Positions 28,777 to 42,903 of a stretch of DNA of 64,000 nucleotides are shown in pieces. The notes beneath the pieces were generated by a model, which saw nothing but the letters and a program-made list of their open reading frames with translations, was not told where the DNA came from and did not search any database. This DNA comes from Eledone cirrhosa (lineage: Eukaryota). The translations under genes were made by a program, and so were the position numbers. The DNA lies in NCBI GenBank assembly GCA_964016885.1, contig OZ024742.1:327918001-327982000 (forward strand), written 5' to 3'. Within the stretch, counting starts at the first letter, position 1. Each line of letters begins with the position of its first letter.

Positions 28777-28953
28777 GGTTTCTTATATAGGTACAAGGCC
28801 AGCAATTTTGTGCGTGACTAGTACTTTATTTTATCGGCCCCGTAAGGATGAACGGCAAAGTTAACCTCGGCGGGATTTGAACTCAGATCATAAAGGGCCG
28901 TAACTCTACACAGCAAAGCATAGCGACTGACCCTCCGCCAATCCACCACCCTC
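28777..28953 (-). mobile_element. SINE family A with target-site duplication
   Basis: Flanked by CTGATGTATTCA(cg/ta)ATAAT at 28758 and 28954. Confidence 0.85.
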
Positions 28954-29327
28954 TGATGTATTCATAATAATGAAAGAGTTATTTTCCTGTAGAAGTCATT
29001 TGTATAAAACATATATATATATATATAAATATAAATTATCGAGAATCGTATTTCGGCCTATGAAATAACGAAAAACAACCTCCGAGATGTGTGGCAAGTG
29101 CTCAATGATTCAGATGAATCAGAGCTACAACATACGTTAAAGGCCAAACACACTGAGACGATGGTTAAACAATCATCCGCAATATATATATATAAAGAAA
29201 AAAAGATGAAATCGAAAATGCAACTGGAGTTGCATTTTCGATTTCATCTTTTTCATCTCTTTTTCTTTATACTTTCACTCGTGTAGGGCACTTCGGTTAT
29301 TTTTCATTTTGTAAAAAAAAACCTCAC

Positions 29328-29407
<80 letters not shown>

Positions 29408-30159
29408 CACATATATTTAAGCTTGTGTGGAGTGTATCTATTTCCCGTGTAAAATATGCAATGACAAAGCATATTCTTAACAAAGCAAGGAAATGCGGCG
29501 CCATAGCGTTTTTTCAAGTACAAAATATACGATGGGGCATACAGTATATCATAAGAGGTTTCAAGAAAATTTACATATGGAAATATTTTAGCCTAATGCA
29601 TAGAAGATTTCCTTTATACTGCGAATGTTACAGTTATGACTATAGTTGGTGTATTATTGTCATGTGGGTGTAGCATTGCTGAATGGTTCAAAAGGTCACT
29701 TCGTAATCATTTGATCCCAGGTTCAATCCCATTCCAATTCCAACTGAGACTTGTACTTTCTGGTGTTGTCTACATCATTTAGATCCGCCATAGACAACCT
29801 TTTGCGAGCTGTGGGTCACATAGGATACGACTCAATATAAGGCACGCTGCACTACTAAACATTTCAACGCAATTTTGAAATTGGGTTTACCATTCAGAAT
29901 GCAAAGCCAGCCGCAGTTTGCCCATGATTGATTTAGATTAACCACTAAAATGCTTCAATGATGTGATTTCGTTTCTCAAATCATGTTAATTGTGAAACAA
30001 ATAACTAGAGCACGCGCCTGGGTATTTAGCGCCCTCACTAACTTTAAACTGTACGCTCCTACTTAGGATCAGAACGGCAGGATGTATTAAGTTTGTCAAT
30101 ACTTATGAACGCAGGTTACTAGGTGCACCTTTCGATATACATATATATATATATATATA

Positions 30160-30266
<107 letters not shown>

Positions 30267-30629
30267 GGATGCATATGTATATAGTATATGAATGAAATAG
30301 TGTTTCGGTAATATGTATAAGCATAGTCACGTAGTCAGAAGGAAAGTATAGTAGACGTATTGAAACGAAGGTTCAGATTAATTGATACATAAATAAACGA
30401 CATGAAGATATAAAAAACATGAAGTGAATGAGGTCCAACTAAAAGTAATTTCCTTTAATATCAGGCTAGACTACTTCAATGTTGTCTATAGCTGTAAGTA
30501 AACTAAATTGTTAAACATCTTTATATTTCTGTTTGAAGTAAATGGGATTTCAGTTGATGTTATTCTTTTTTATAGTGCCCTTGATTAATATTACACTTAG
30601 AATGTACATACGCGTAGACACATTATATA

Positions 30630-30684
<55 letters not shown>

Positions 30685-32111
30685 ATATATATATATATAT
30701 GTATATCTATATAGATATCTATTATATTATATTATATTATATTATATTATATACATATATATAATATAATATAATATAATGTATATATATCTATATAATA
30801 TATACATATATATATGCGTGTGTGTGAGTATATGTGTGTGTGTGTGTGAGTATCTGTGTGTGCGTGTATGTATAGAAATATATATATATATATTTATATA
30901 TATACACATATATATATATGCTTTTATGTATATATATATTCAGTTATGCGAAGTGTTCTTCGTTATTTAAGACGGTTAAACTTGATATGTTCTAGAAATG
31001 ACTCATTTTCAGTGGGTTAAACGGCCACATGTTTATTCACTTTCAATGAAGTAGAAAAAATCCCCCAAAAAACTCGAATGCTCTGCAGTATACAGTAAAT
31101 GCCGCATTTCACATCCACATTTACTCTAGTACAGACTCCTATACATGTTGATGTTTAAAGTCTTTACAGATATTTTAGTTCATACATGGTCGACGAACGA
31201 TACGACTAGGTCAACACGTCAGACGAGTTATTGAACTTTAAAGGATCCCAGTATAATTTAAATTTGTATTGTTGAATTAAATATATTAATTTCATACGGC
31301 CAATAAATAAATGACTAAATATTTTTACCGCGTAGTCGCATTGGGTAAACATACAAAGCGGTGAAAAAAGCCGCATGAGGTTTTGACTATTATATGATTT
31401 GATGTGGGTAAGTGGAGACTATAGTAGAAATAAAAGTGCGGTCAGAACAAGAAGTGTTAAATCTATGTTCGTTAGCTTATCAAACTGTAAATTGAAATTA
31501 TTTTATTTGGGCGAAGTGGGGCGCATATTGTAGAATAGGCCATGAAACTTATAACACAGGCATCAGCTCTGCCTACTGTTACACCAGAGCAAAACCCCTA
31601 TGCTTTATATTCCCTAAAGATATTCAAGTGCACATTCCACTTTTAAATAATTAAGTGAAAATTGAAATGAATTTCGCATCTTTTGCTAAAATATTTAATA
31701 ATATTTCGAGGAATTTAATTAATTTTCGCAGAAATATACAAAATTACTTTGATGCTTTCCTTGATATATTGAATATCTTTGATAAATTAATAAGCGTTCC
31801 ACACACACATGCCTCTCTCTCTCTATATATATATATATCTCAGATTGACGCGCGTGCATAAACATAAAGCTTCAGGCATCAATGCACACGAACGATGCAT
31901 TCTAAATAATTGAAAACAACACAAGTAAATATTTACAAACACACACACGGACACACTAACACGAGTACACGTACACACAAATGCGTATATATATATATAT
32001 ATATATATATATGATTTGCCACTTCTCTAGTATTGAGTGCTCAATCGGTTAATGTTTTAATGTTTTAATTACTTTTGCATATTAAACATATATATATATA
32101 TATATATATAT

Positions 32112-32158
<47 letters not shown>

Positions 32159-32161
<3 letters not shown>

Positions 32162-34031
32162 CTTTATTAGCCACAAGGGCGCACAAGAAAAGGGGACAAT
32201 ACAAAGACATGCCGGAGATTTTACATACAATCGTGTAAAAAATATAAAAACAAACAATTACAACAATCTAAATCCCCAATAGGGGAGAGGCGCCACAAAT
32301 GGGTTGTTTAATACCCCGTCGATAGAACAACCCTCAACTCCAGGAGCGTGTTGTGCAAGTGCTCCTTTCTTCCTTTTGCTCTCTTCCTCAACCTACAAGC
32401 TTATAAACAGAGAAGGCCCAATCGCTCGGGCCATTTTCGCTTCATTCACCCACCTTTCAGTAAATTTATTGGGGTGCAATGCCTCTCTCTCCACCCTGAT
32501 TCTCCTTCTAAAGTGATACTTGAAGAAGGGAATCAATTGTTGTCCGGAAAGAAAGGCATCTGTCCTCAGTCCTCTATACCTCGTCCACCATATAACTTTT
32601 TTCACCATAGCCACCGTACAGAGGAAAACCGCCTCTCTTTCGTTTTTGAAAGAGGCTGGCGGTTTGATCCTTACTATGGACTCGGCAGTCAACTGGATTT
32701 GTCCCATACGTGACAGCAGTTGTTCTACAGGTCGGTTACGCCCGGGCAGTGTACAATTGCGTGCAGGACTGTTGGACACGTCCTCTTGGAAGGATCCCTG
32801 CCGGGGCGTCGGTGCCTGTAGATCTTGTCACGAACCGGTAGAGCTCCTCGGTAGCACTGCCAGGCCAGGGACCTCTGGAAGTTGTCCATAGGTCCCGGGC
32901 GGAAAGTCCTACTAAACAGACTGGTGAGCTCATCGTCTTCGACGCTCAGAGTCTCTCCGAGCACGTCGTCGCCCTTGTAACGTACGATCCCTCTATAGAA
33001 TGTCGAAGTGGAGTCTCCACTGATTGCTGCGCCCGCTTGCCAGAGGACTGTGAGCGCCTGAGCGCATTCAATGTGCCAGGCGCCAATCGTTTTCGGTCTT
33101 TTCTTCACCCAGGACTGCAGCTCCGTCAGCGAGACGAGCTGTGGGAAAGCCTGTCTCACAAACGGTGCCCACACCGGTTGGGGGTCGGTGAGGAATACCT
33201 GGAGATGCTGCAGCCTCAGTGCATGTTTGCGCATCATCAGCCACGGCATTCCCAGCCCTCCGTTGGAAGGGTGCTGACAGCAGACGGATCTCCTCACCAG
33301 CGGAGTCTGCTTCTTCCACAGAAACTGGAAGAGCATGCGTTCCATCTTGGCGAGGTGTTCATCGGGACAAGGCACGACAGTCAAGCGGTAGTAGATGACG
33401 GACGCTATGAAAGTGTTTGCCACCTCCGCTCGACCTTTCAAGGACAGTTTGCACTCTGCCCACTTCTGGGTGAGTGCAAACACCTTGGTCGTGACCTCGT
33501 TCCAGTTTTTCTCCACCTGGAGGTCTGGACCGAACCAGACCCGGAACAATTTCACCGGTCCGTCCGTCCAGCGTCAAACGACGCTGTCGGACGTCATCGG
33601 TTTGTCTCTCCACGTACCGAGTTGCAAACCGACAGACTTGTCCGGGTTTAGTTTTGCTCCCGTCAGCATTTCGTATTCTTTCAGTAAGTTGCCGATCACC
33701 CCGATTTCCGAAGTGCTCGACACCATTACCGTCAGTCCTGGTTCTAGAGGGATGCCCTGCAACAGCTCTAATTTCCGCAGTAGTGGCTCTAGAGTCAATA
33801 CATACAGAATGGAGGAGCGAGGGCACCGCTGTAGAATGGAACGCGTGATTGCGAACGGCTCCGATAGGTAGCCGTTCACCTTGACCATCGAGCAGATGCT
33901 GGTGTGCATCGCCCCAATCCATCCTCTGAACACGGGACCGAAACCGGCCGCCTTGAGAACCGCTTCCAAGTATCGATGGTCGACCCTATCGAATGCCTTA
34001 GACTGATCCAAGTTGATCAGAGCCCCACCGA
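32159..34031 (-). mobile_element. 5'-truncated Tx1-clade LINE (RT and C-terminal part of ORF2)
   Basis: LINLDQSKAFDRVDH, GGLGMP and LPVRDK motifs. The 3' end AATAAAGAAA abuts (TC)n and the 5' end abuts (TATC)n. Paralogous to 34112-36050. Confidence 0.92.
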
Positions 34032-34041
34032 AGATAGATAA

Positions 34042-34108
<67 letters not shown>

Positions 34109-34348
34109 TATTTCTTTATTAGCCACAGGGGCACAAAAGAAGGGGACAAATACAAAGGGGGAAGTTTACATACAATAAAAACGTGTAAAATGTTATCACA
34201 GATGGAATTTAAAAGTTAGTCGATTTTCCCCAATAGAGGGAGACAGTTTATATGGGTAACACATACCCCCGAAAAAAAATGTGCAACCCTCATCTCCAGG
34301 AGTACGAAGAGCTTGTACTCCTTTCCTCTCCTCCTCCTTTTCCTCAAC

Positions 34349-37300
34349 CTACAGGCTGATATAGAGAGAAGGCCCATTCACTCGGGCCATTCTCGCCACT
34401 TTCTCCCACCTTTCATAAAACTTGCTGGGGTACAGCACCTCTCTCTCCATCCTGATTCTTCTTCCAAAGTGGTATTTGAAAAAAAGAATCAGTTGTTGGC
34501 CGGAGAGAAAGGTGTCTGACCTCAGCCCTTTCAACCTTGTCCACCATACAACCTCTTTCGCCATAGCTATCACACAAAGGAAAACCGCCTCTCCTTCGTT
34601 TTTGAAGGAGGGTGACGGTTTGATCATGACAATGGACTCGGTGGTCAACTGGATTGGTCCCACCCGCGACAATAGTCGTTCTACATAGCCCCACAGGTCA
34701 GTGACGCCCGGGCAGTGTATGAATGCGTGCGCGACGGTTTCTTCGTCTCGCACGCACCTCGGACAGATCTTTTTTGCAGGGTCCCTGCCCGGGCGCCCAT
34801 GTCTGTAGAGCTTGTCTCGAACTGGTAGAGCTCCTCGGTAGCACTGCCAGGCCAGGGACTTTTGGAAGTTGTCCATCGGTCCCGGGCGGAAGGTCCTACC
34901 GAACAGACTGGCCAGTTCATCTTCCTCCACGCCTAGAGTTTCACCGAGCGCGTCGTCGCACTTGCTGCGGACCAACCCTCTATAGAATGACGAAGTGGAG
35001 TCTCTACTGATCGCCGGGTCCGCCTGCCAGAGGGCTGTGAGCGCCTGAGCACATTCGATGTGCCAGTCGCCCATTTTCCTCGGTCTCTGCTTGACCCAGG
35101 ACTGCAGCTCGGTCAGCGAGACGAGTCGTGGGAAGGTTCGCCTCACGAACGGGGCCCACACCGGTTGTCCGGTGAGGAATACGTAGAGATGCCGCAGCCT
35201 GAGCGCGTGTTTGCGCATCGTCAACCACGGCATCCCCAGCCCTCCGTTAGAAGGGTGTTGGCAGCAGATGGATCTTCTTACCAAAGGAGCCCGCCTCTTC
35301 CAAAGGAATCGGAGAGGGCGCGCTCCATTTTGGCGAGCGTTTTGGCTGGACAAGGCACGACGGTCAAGCGATAGTAGATGGCGGACGCTATAAAAGTGTT
35401 CGCCACCTCCGCTCGACCTTTCAAGGATAGTTTGCACTCGGCCCACTTCTGGGTGAGTGCAAACACCTTGGCCGTCACTTCGTTCCAGTTCTTCTCCACC
35501 TGGAGGTCCGGACCAAACCAGACCCCGAGCAGCTTTACCGGTCCTTCCGTCCAGCGTCCGACGACGCCATCGGAAGGCATCGGTCTGCCTCTCCGCGATC
35601 CGAGTTGCAAACCGATGGACTTGTCCCGGTTCAGCTTCGCTCCTGTGAGACTTTCGTATTCCTTTAGTAAGGTGCCGACTTCCTCGATTTGCGAGGCGCT
35701 CGACACCATTACTGTCACGTCGTCGGCGTAGGCCGATGCCGCTTTCCGCAGTCTCGGTTCCAGAGGGATGCCCTACAATAGCTCCAGCTTCCGCAGTAGT
35801 GGCTCGAGAGTCAGTACGTACAGAAGGGAGGAGAGAGGGCATCCCTGTCGAATGGATCGCGTAATATGGAACGGCTCCGAGAGGTAACCGTTCACCTTGA
35901 CCCTTGAGCAGATGTTGCTGTTGTGCATTGCAGCAATCCAGCCCCTGAACACGGGTCCGAAGCCTGCCGCCTCGAGCACCGCATCCAGGTAACGATGGTC
36001 AACCCTATCGAAAGCCTTAGACTGATCCAAGTTGATCAGGGCCCCACCGAAGCCGGGTTCACACCCTACCCTCTCTATGATGTATCGCATGAGGTGGAGG
36101 TTGTCGTGTATGGACCTGGTCGGGATCGCGCATGTCTGCGCTTCTCCCACCAGGTTCTCGACGACAAGCGCCAGCCTCTTTGCCAACACCTTGGCCAAAA
36201 TCTGTAACTCTGTGTTTAGCAGAGTTATGGGCCGGAAGTTGCCTATGTCATCCCCCTTATTCTCGTCCTTCCTGATTAGTGTGACCACGCCCCCGGTTAC
36301 AGAATTGGGAATTCTCCCGTTCTGTTGCCAGTTGCAGTAGACCGCTTCCAGGAGACCGGAGAATAAGTCCGGCATTTCTACGTAAAATTCGTAGGGTAGA
36401 CCGTCGAGACCTGGAGATTTGCGTTTGCCGCATTGGCTCAGCGCGTCCCCTATCTCAGTGGCTGAAATCGGCTTTTCGCAGAACTTCGCCTCACTGTCCG
36501 AGAGTCGCGGTAGGCCGTCGAGGTATGGACCGAAATCCATAGCCTCTCCCGGCGTGCCGCTCCCCCCGAACAGCCGAGCAAAGTGCCGCTGAAAAGCCGC
36601 ACACATCTGCTTCGGCTCACGTATCACGCGTCCGTTTTGGTCCTTCAAAGACCGAATCGTGGACTTGTTGCCACTTTTTGCCTCCGTCACTCGGGCCCAG
36701 CTAACAGCTTTGGCTCCCTCGTTTCCCAGAGCACGTATTTTGCTTCTGACAACGCAGCCCTCGTGCTTTGCGTCGAAGAACTGGTCCAATGCCGTTCTCG
36801 TTGCTAGCACGCTGGCTACGTTGCCACTTCTAATTGCCTCTTCTACTTTATCTACCAGTTCCTTCTCGGTTCTATTTCTATCTAACGCTAATTCTTTACT
36901 AAAAACTATCGAGTCTAATCTAACTGCCCTCTTGAGAGAGTACCACCATCTGTTGTTGACAATGGCCCCTGTCAAGTGCTGTTTAACTAAAGTGCTAATC
37001 CGTCTACTGTAGGCTTTGCTTGTCGGTAACGACAAGTTCAGCTTCCAGTAGCCGGGTCCTTGTCTATGGGTTCTATCAAGGTTGGCCATGCAGGTCACTA
37101 GTTTGTGATCTGAATAGGCAACCATGAACATTTTTGGACAGCTTAACATGTCCCTATCCTTATTTTTAACTAGAACCCTATCTAGGTACGATCTAGATGT
37201 TCCGCTACGATTACTCCACGTCCACAGTGGCGCAGTCGGAAAATCTAGTCGATATCTATCGGCCAGGTCAAATCGGTCGATTAACTGTTTGAGGCTGTTA

Positions 37301-37784
37301 CACAACCCTTTTTCGGGACATGCTCCCACATAGTCCCAACGTGCATCTAGGATTCCATTCCAGTCCCCCACTAAAAGCAAGGAGCGGGACGTTCCCAGAA
37401 AAGTCTCTAGACGTTTGAAGAAGTTTGGCCGCGGTGTCCCGGATGGGGCATATGCGGCCACCAGCCTGAAGGCTCCACCTTCACTACCGTCAACGTCTAG
37501 GACCACCAGTCGACCCTCCGGGTCCAGATGTACCGTCTGTGTTACGAGGCCCAGGTGTTTCCGCAGCAAAACGGCAACCCCGCCCCCACCCCCGGTTGAC
37601 AGAGAGATGTGTAGATCTCAAAGTCATCGAAGATGGGGGCCAGCTGTCGCTCGCCGTGGATCCTGGACTCGCAAATGGCTACCACATCCAAACTGTGCGA
37701 CCTGAGGTCGTTTAAGAGTTTGCCCTGTTTCCAGGGCATCCCCAGGCCGCGTACGTTCACACATCCAACTCTTATATTGGCCAT
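34349..37784 (-). pseudogene. Tx1 ORF2: APE endonuclease + reverse transcriptase + C-terminal CX2CX7HX4C
   Basis: NVRGL, AICE, GDWN, SYLDRV and SDH (APE). GPGYWKLN, KSPGLDG, NFRPITLLNTE, DQSKAFDRV, IRQGCPLS and YADD at about 35720 (RT). CPRC..H....C. Frameshifts near 37590 and 35310, and an in-frame stop at 35773. Confidence 0.93.
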
Positions 37785-37817
37785 GTTGGTGCTGAAAAGT
37801 TAGAAGAGGAAAAGAGA

Positions 37818-39635
37818 TCACTCACCCTTCGCCTCCTGGGGACCAGGCCGCACGATTTCCATGGGGGTGTTGGAGGGGTTGTCTGGATGGGTGGTGGTTT
37901 CCGGCGGGGTGGGGACGCAGATGTTTGGTGGGGTGGGGTCTGGTGGGATGGGGGTGTCTGGGGTGGGGAGGCATTTGAGAAGGACGCGGTTGAGTGGTTT
38001 CACGCAGGAATTCCCCACATCCTTCTCAAATGTTTCTTATAGGGACCTATAAGTTTGTATAGGGACCCTAATCAGTTTTAGGTTCAGTTTTTAGCTATTT
38101 TTTATAGAGTGGGCGAAAGTTTTCCCTTCGGTGAAAACCGAAGGGTCGTTCGTGATGGTCTCCATTAGTGTTTTGTTTTCAGTGTTTATGTAAGTGTAAG
38201 TGTAATTTTCTTGTGTTGTGTTTGTTTTTGTCTGTAGTTCTTGTGTGTGCTTTCGTTTTGTTGTAGGTATTTTGTTTTCAGGAGGTGGGGGTTTTGTTTG
38301 TGATATTTTTGTTGTTTGTGTTGGTGGTTGTATGTTTGTGGTAGTGTTTGCTGGTTTTTTGCTTTTGTGATGTCTTTTCTTTCTTTTCGAGCGATGGGGT
38401 TCTCCCTCGTCTTCACTGGGTGATGGCGAGATAGCCTCATCTGTTGTATCGTCTGTGTGATTGGGGAGGGGTATGTCTTGGGGAGCTGTTGTGTCTGTAT
38501 GTGGTGGTGTTGGTGGTTGTGTTGTTTTGATGGGTGTCGGCAGAAGAGCCTTTTTTTTGGTTCATTAGTTTAGGACAGGAAGCCCTCAGGTGACCCCTGC
38601 TAAAGCAATGGTAACATGAAGGCCGCCTACTCTCAACCGAAAGGTTTATGTAGGTAAGTCCGTCCAGGAGTACACGCTGTGGGATCATAGCTATTCGCTC
38701 TGGGCTCATTTGCACCAGAACTTCAATGCTAGTCCCATTGAATACATCTCTGGGGGACTTGCCTACTGACAGTATTCTGTCTTCATCAAAATTGATGAAG
38801 CCGCACAGTATCCACCATATGTTCACCTTTGGTGTGACACTTGTGATTCTGATCTTTTGTGTCCTTTTTCCCATGTATGTAGGGAAAAAGGTGTACAGGT
38901 TGGATACAATTGGCGACACAGAGTAATTTTGGGCCGTCAATTGATCCTTCATCAGTACCGAAATACTCCCAAAAAGTTTGCTTCTTTGAATGAATGCAAT
39001 ATCATTCATTGAATCTTTGAAAACCAGTTCAATATCTTTCTGTGACAATTGGACTGGTTTTCGGGTAGAATTGGAAACTGTCCTAAAAACTATCGTTTTG
39101 AGAGCAGTTTCCTTGCGAATTTCTACCGGAGAATTGATGCTGAAAGCATCATTTTTTTCGAAGGTGACATATCTCTTAGCGTCCTTTAAAAGGTGTTCAG
39201 CATTTGTTATCTCGAGATATATCAATTGTTCTTTCTTTTGAACTTTCTCCGCAAAGGAGATTTTGGTTTCTTTGTGGAATCCGTATTGGTGGTGTTGTCA
39301 TTATTGTTGTTATTCTTGTTGTCACCGATGTTGGTATCATCCGTATTTTCCTTGGTGTTGTTGTTGTCTTTGATGCTGGTGTTATTGGCGTTGTCTTTAT
39401 TTTTTTCTTTGTTGTTGTTATCATTGTTGCTTTTATCATCATTATTGGTTTTGCTGTTATTTTTGTTGTCATTGAGCTGTTTGGTGTCATTTGTGTTGTT
39501 TGGATGTGAATTCGTTTTTTTATTTTCATTTTGTCTTTCCATCTCTATAGTATCTAGTGAAGAAGACGTTGTTGACTGCGAGCTTTGTAGTCTTACCGCC
39601 TCTCCACCACCATTATCGTTGGACGCAGCGTTCAT
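37818..39635 (-). pseudogene. Tx1 ORF1 (gag-like: Asn/Asp-rich N-terminus, zinc knuckle), frameshifted
   Basis: ORF pieces 39635-39222 and 39225-38437 (CYHCFSRGHLRASC), with probable continuation to 37818. Lies directly upstream of ORF2. Confidence 0.75.
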
Positions 39636-39989
39636 AACGTAATCAAAATTTTACAATATTTTTTCAAAGATTCGATGGAGAAAAATTTTTTAAATGGATA
39701 TTCCGCCCCTGAAGGGGCGAAAATGAGTTGACCCACCACCTGAAGGTCCAGACGGGTGGTCAAGTTACACAATGATATAAAATTGAACTAAAAACTCACG
39801 TTTTTTCCTTACATAAATTAACGGAAACTTCTCCGCGAAGTGACACACGACTGATAGAGAGATAGATAGATAGATAGATAAATAGATATAAGTCTGGTGT
39901 GGAGGATGTGGAACGCCAGCAGCACAAAAAACAAGGGCTGTTAAAAGTGTGGACGAACTCAATCAACGGCCATTCACACCAATCCTCCA

Positions 39990-40565
39990 AGCGTTGTGGG
40001 TACATTTACATCCCTGACATGACCGAAACTCGCATCCTCAAGTACCCCAGCATCAGGTGTGTAAGAGGTTCACCTGATGTTCAGGATACGACGTATACAA
40101 TGCTGAGGAAATCTTTCCAGCTGCCTGATGTGATGCCTGTAAGTTGTCCGCGTTTCACATACGTATAACAGGACTGTAAGAAGACAGGTCTCATTCACAG
40201 AGAGCTTTGTGTTTCTAGTGACCAGGCTCCAATTTGACCAGACTCGCTACTCAAACTTTCCGCATGCAAGGCTCGCTTTCGCAATCCTGCGATCTATTTC
40301 AGCATCGAGTGTACCATCTTTACTAAGTGTACTTCGGAGATACACAAAGCTGTCCACCACCTCAAATCTGTTTCCAGGAAAATGTTTGGTTCCAAATACA
40401 CTTCCCCAACTGGTGGAGTGTACATGACCTTTGTCTATTTTATACTAATATTTAGAACAACCACAGTGCATAAAAAGTAGAAGGTGTCCAATATCAACTG
40501 CATATCCTCTAGTGTGTGAACCACAAAATCTGCACCATCAGCATACAGGAACTCCCTATCAAGAG
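39990..40565 (-). pseudogene. RTE-clade LINE reverse transcriptase fragment
   Basis: Manual translation gives REFLYADGADFVVHTLEDMQ..., VVDSFVYLRSTLS...EIDRRIAKAS...RVW, and LLYVCETRTTYRHHIRQLERF.QHCIRRILNI. Stops and frameshifts are present. Confidence 0.85.
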
Positions 40566-40578
40566 TGCTAAATACATA

Positions 40579-40659
<81 letters not shown>

Positions 40660-40895
40660 TATTCTTTGACGATCATTCTATAACCGAAGAGGAGACACAG
40701 AGGAGCAAGAAACGTCATTGATAAGGCCATAGTGTATGTAACGATAGAACGCTGACAATCAAATAATCATCTAGTTAAGACTGTGAACCGAGGAATGCAT
40801 TAATTACCCGACTAACAATAAAACCGAAGTGTAACTCAACTGCTGCGTGTCAGCATGACTCTCAACAACCCAAATATAACGATATACGTATATAC

Positions 40896-41010
<115 letters not shown>

Positions 41011-41116
41011 CGCGTGCGCGTGTGTCTGTGTAAAAGGTATACAGAAATAACAACACAATCAGTACAATATATGGAAGGAATATATTAGGTTAACGGTTGA
41101 AATAGCAGGAACAGTG

Positions 41117-41152
41117 TCTTAACGTTTCGGACGCAAATCCTTCATCAGAAGA
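41117..41152 (-). ncRNA. Minimal type-I HHR motif
   Basis: TCTT-CTGATGA-A-GGA tttgcg TCC-GAAA-CG-TT-AAGA. The host cassette 41030-41175 is repeated at 63330-63465, where GAAA is mutated to AAAA. Confidence 0.7.
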
Positions 41153-41244
41153 ATGAATGAGAAATAAGAGAGATCGAAGGGTTGGGCGGGTTGGAATTGG
41201 AAAACATGTCTTTAGATAAAAAATAACAGGTCCATTCATGTTGA

Positions 41245-41350
41245 CATCTCTTACTTTTGAAAAGCATAAGAACTGTGAAACCGGTAAAGGAAATAAATAA
41301 ATATTCTTAAAAAGATTCCAGTTGCATTTTCAATTTCTTTTCCTTATATA
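41245..41350 (+). mobile_element. Short 3' pLTR fragment of the Neptune-type family, with U3-A8 HHR (41254-41289)
   Basis: Matches 63130-63250. Confidence 0.8.
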
Positions 41351-41555
41351 TATATACTGAGTTCAGTTTTTTTCGTCGCTATGGTCACGTCTATCGGTTG
41401 CTGTCTTCAATTTGCAAAGCTGTCTAAACGTAATGTTATAACTCTAGGGTAATGTACCCTATTGAGTGCTTAGCCGCACACCGAGATTACATTCGTTAGC
41501 TTGGCTGCAACCAGAGTTTCGATGATGCTGTACTAAATGTTCTCTCTCTCTCTCT

Positions 41556-41641
<86 letters not shown>

Positions 41642-42401
41642 ATTAGTATTGGTGCTCTGAAATAGCGATGTATGTATAGAATATTTGATAATATACTGTA
41701 TGTTTGATTAAAAACATCTTGAAGAGCATTCGCTACGACTTTTAAAGTAGTGACTATGTCACTTAATTATTCCCGGTAAAACAAGAGGGAGTAATCAACA
41801 GCCCTGTTTTTCGCTCGTTAGCGGTTAACAAGACTACTCACCATCTGCTCTTAAACATTATTGGAGTTCTAAAAGAATCCAGATTCTATAATTCTCGGCA
41901 GAAGCGAAGGGGTGAGTAGTCTTGATAACTGCTAACTAAACTAACACAGGGTCTTATTTGTCGTAAATCCGGCATGTACCTGTGTATGCTTGCTTCTTTA
42001 TGCACCAGACTTGACAAAACCCTGAACTATATATATGTCAATATGAACGACTAAAACTGTCAGTGTTGGGCTTCTGCATGGTCATATACCAATGACTATA
42101 CGAGTAAATATGTTTTGTGAAATAATTTCGTGTGGAGAAGGTTCATGTTTGTACAAACTATATATTAATGTTTACTTTACAATTTATTAAATGTTTGTCT
42201 GTACATATAAACTTCAATTAATATATTCATTTTGATGTTTTATCTGTATATACAAGTCTAATTTCTCTGTGTATGTATGTAAATATCGGTGTTTGTTGGC
42301 ATTTGTCTATGTAAAATAGGCTTCTAGTTTTTATGCATGAGTGCGTGTATGTGCATAAACACACACACATATATATATATATATGTATAATTAATATGTA
42401 C

Positions 42402-42450
<49 letters not shown>

Positions 42451-42473
42451 TAAATACATATATATATATATAA

Positions 42474-42515
<42 letters not shown>

Positions 42516-42590
42516 ATATATACGTTCATTGAAAATTACATTATAGCCCAGTAACATAAATAGGTTTAAAAACAACAGTATATGTGTATG

Positions 42591-42658
<68 letters not shown>

Positions 42659-42860
42659 CATGCATATTTATGAAATCTCTGGAACATGATCACATGAATA
42701 TTTTAAAGAAGCAATAATATATATTTCAATGAAGCGTAAACTTAACTTTTTAGCTGGTAAGACGCTAATACAGACCTCAGAAATACAAACGATTTGTATC
42801 AGTTGGAGTGAAATAGAGACATGCGTATGGAATAAACCTGCCTGTATTTCCCAGCAGAAA

Positions 42861-42903
<43 letters not shown>

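Larger units (their letters stand above)
34112..39853 (-). mobile_element. Full-length (~5.7 kb) Tx1-clade non-LTR retrotransposon, disrupted
   Basis: ORF1 with a CCHC knuckle, ORF2 with APE-RT-zinc finger, and a 3' UTR ending AATAAAGAAA. (TATC)n on both flanks. Confidence 0.93.
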
